Positions 47,910 to 48,543 of a stretch of 48,543 nt of DNA are shown here, in pieces. This DNA comes from Nanobdellota archaeon (GTDB lineage Archaea; Nanobdellota; Nanobdellia; Woesearchaeales; GW2011-AR9). Below the pieces are notes generated by a model, which saw only the letters and a list, made by a program, of their open reading frames with translations, was not told the origin of the DNA and did not search any database. Position 1 is the stretch's first letter. The number at the start of each line of letters is the position of its first letter. Made by a program: the position numbers and the translations under genes. The DNA lies in assembly GCA_018812355.1 (NCBI GenBank), contig JAHJDQ010000182.1, positions 1 through 48,543 of the forward strand, in the 5' to 3' direction.

Positions 47910-48230
47910 ATTATCACCTCAGTTTTTTAATTTCTAAACCCGTCGAATTCGGGGGAATTAAAAAATATAATGTTTCATTTATTTACACATAAAAATTACT
48001 TTATAACCTTTACCCGCACTTGTCCAGTGGGTAGTGGCTCGGTAAATTAACATTATTAGAGCTTCTCTCTTAAAAATTTTCTAGAATTAGCGTTTCTTAG
48101 TAGTTGTCCAGTGGCTTACCTCATAATTGATTTTTTTGGGACTGGGGAGCTATATTATAATTTTCTACAAAGTACCAAATCAAATAAACACCCTGCGCCA
48201 ATATTGGCAAAAAATTAAGAGGTGTCTAAA

Positions 48231-48425
48231 ATGGACATAACTAAAAGAAATCTAGAAATCTTGGAAGATTATTTCAAGAAAATGCAAAGAATGCTTTATT
48301 GTAAAGCACCACTGGAAAGCAAGCGAAAAATGCTTTACTCAGCTAAATACTGGGCAGAATATTTCATGAGCTTGAATAATCATCTCATTGAGAAAGCTAT
48401 AAAAGAGGGTTGTGTAAGAAAATGA
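48231..48425 (+). CDS. Small hypothetical protein (candidate gene cassette)
   Basis: GAGGTG RBS before ATG 48231; 64 aa. Confidence 0.6.
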   Translation: MDITKRNLEILEDYFKKMQRMLYCKAPLESKRKMLYSAKYWAEYFMSLNNHLIEKAIKEGCVRK

Positions 48426-48456
48426 TTTTTATATTTTTCTTTTTTCAATTCCATTC

Positions 48457-48543
48457 CAAAAACCTTTCTACGCGCAATATTCTTAAGAATCAGTCGTTCC
48501 TGACGTCACTACTAAACATAAACACTGCGCCTAGAAAGCGTTA
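48457..48543. other. attC-like imperfect inverted repeat (truncated by window edge)
   Basis: AAC-CTTTC-TACGCGCA ... TGCGCCTA-GAAAGC-GTTA; 5/6-nt spacer asymmetry; A.C mismatches become G.T on the bottom strand. Confidence 0.6.

Overview
AT-rich archaeal chromosome segment. Split rpoB''/rpoB' and rpoA'/rpoA'', eL15/eL30, archease and BHB-type tRNA introns point to a DPANN, Woesearchaeota-like lineage (inference). It carries the core rpoH-rpoB''-rpoB'-rpoA'-rpoA''-rpl30e-nusA-rps12-(insert)-rps7 cluster, rtcB-archease, kae1, dus, a nine-gene sugar-modification locus, a PIN toxin-antitoxin pair, transporters and a tyrosine recombinase at the right end. The most unusual signal is non-coding. (1) All four tRNA genes have a non-canonical 59/60 T-loop intron. 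One tRNA has a Tyr-type body and three insertions, and is followed by a LAGLIDADG endonuclease cassette bounded by a 24-bp duplication of the intron 3' end plus tRNA 3' end. (2) Conserved short scaffold modules with variable hairpins are nested inside themselves and inside MITE-like shells with different TIRs and TSDs. (3) Small hairpin inserts duplicate or recode gene ends while preserving operon coupling. (4) An integrase lacking the IntI-specific insertion lies divergent from a small ORF and an attC-like site, and its operon shares a 33-bp upstream element with the LAGLIDADG gene. All calls are from reading the sequence by eye; no searches were run.
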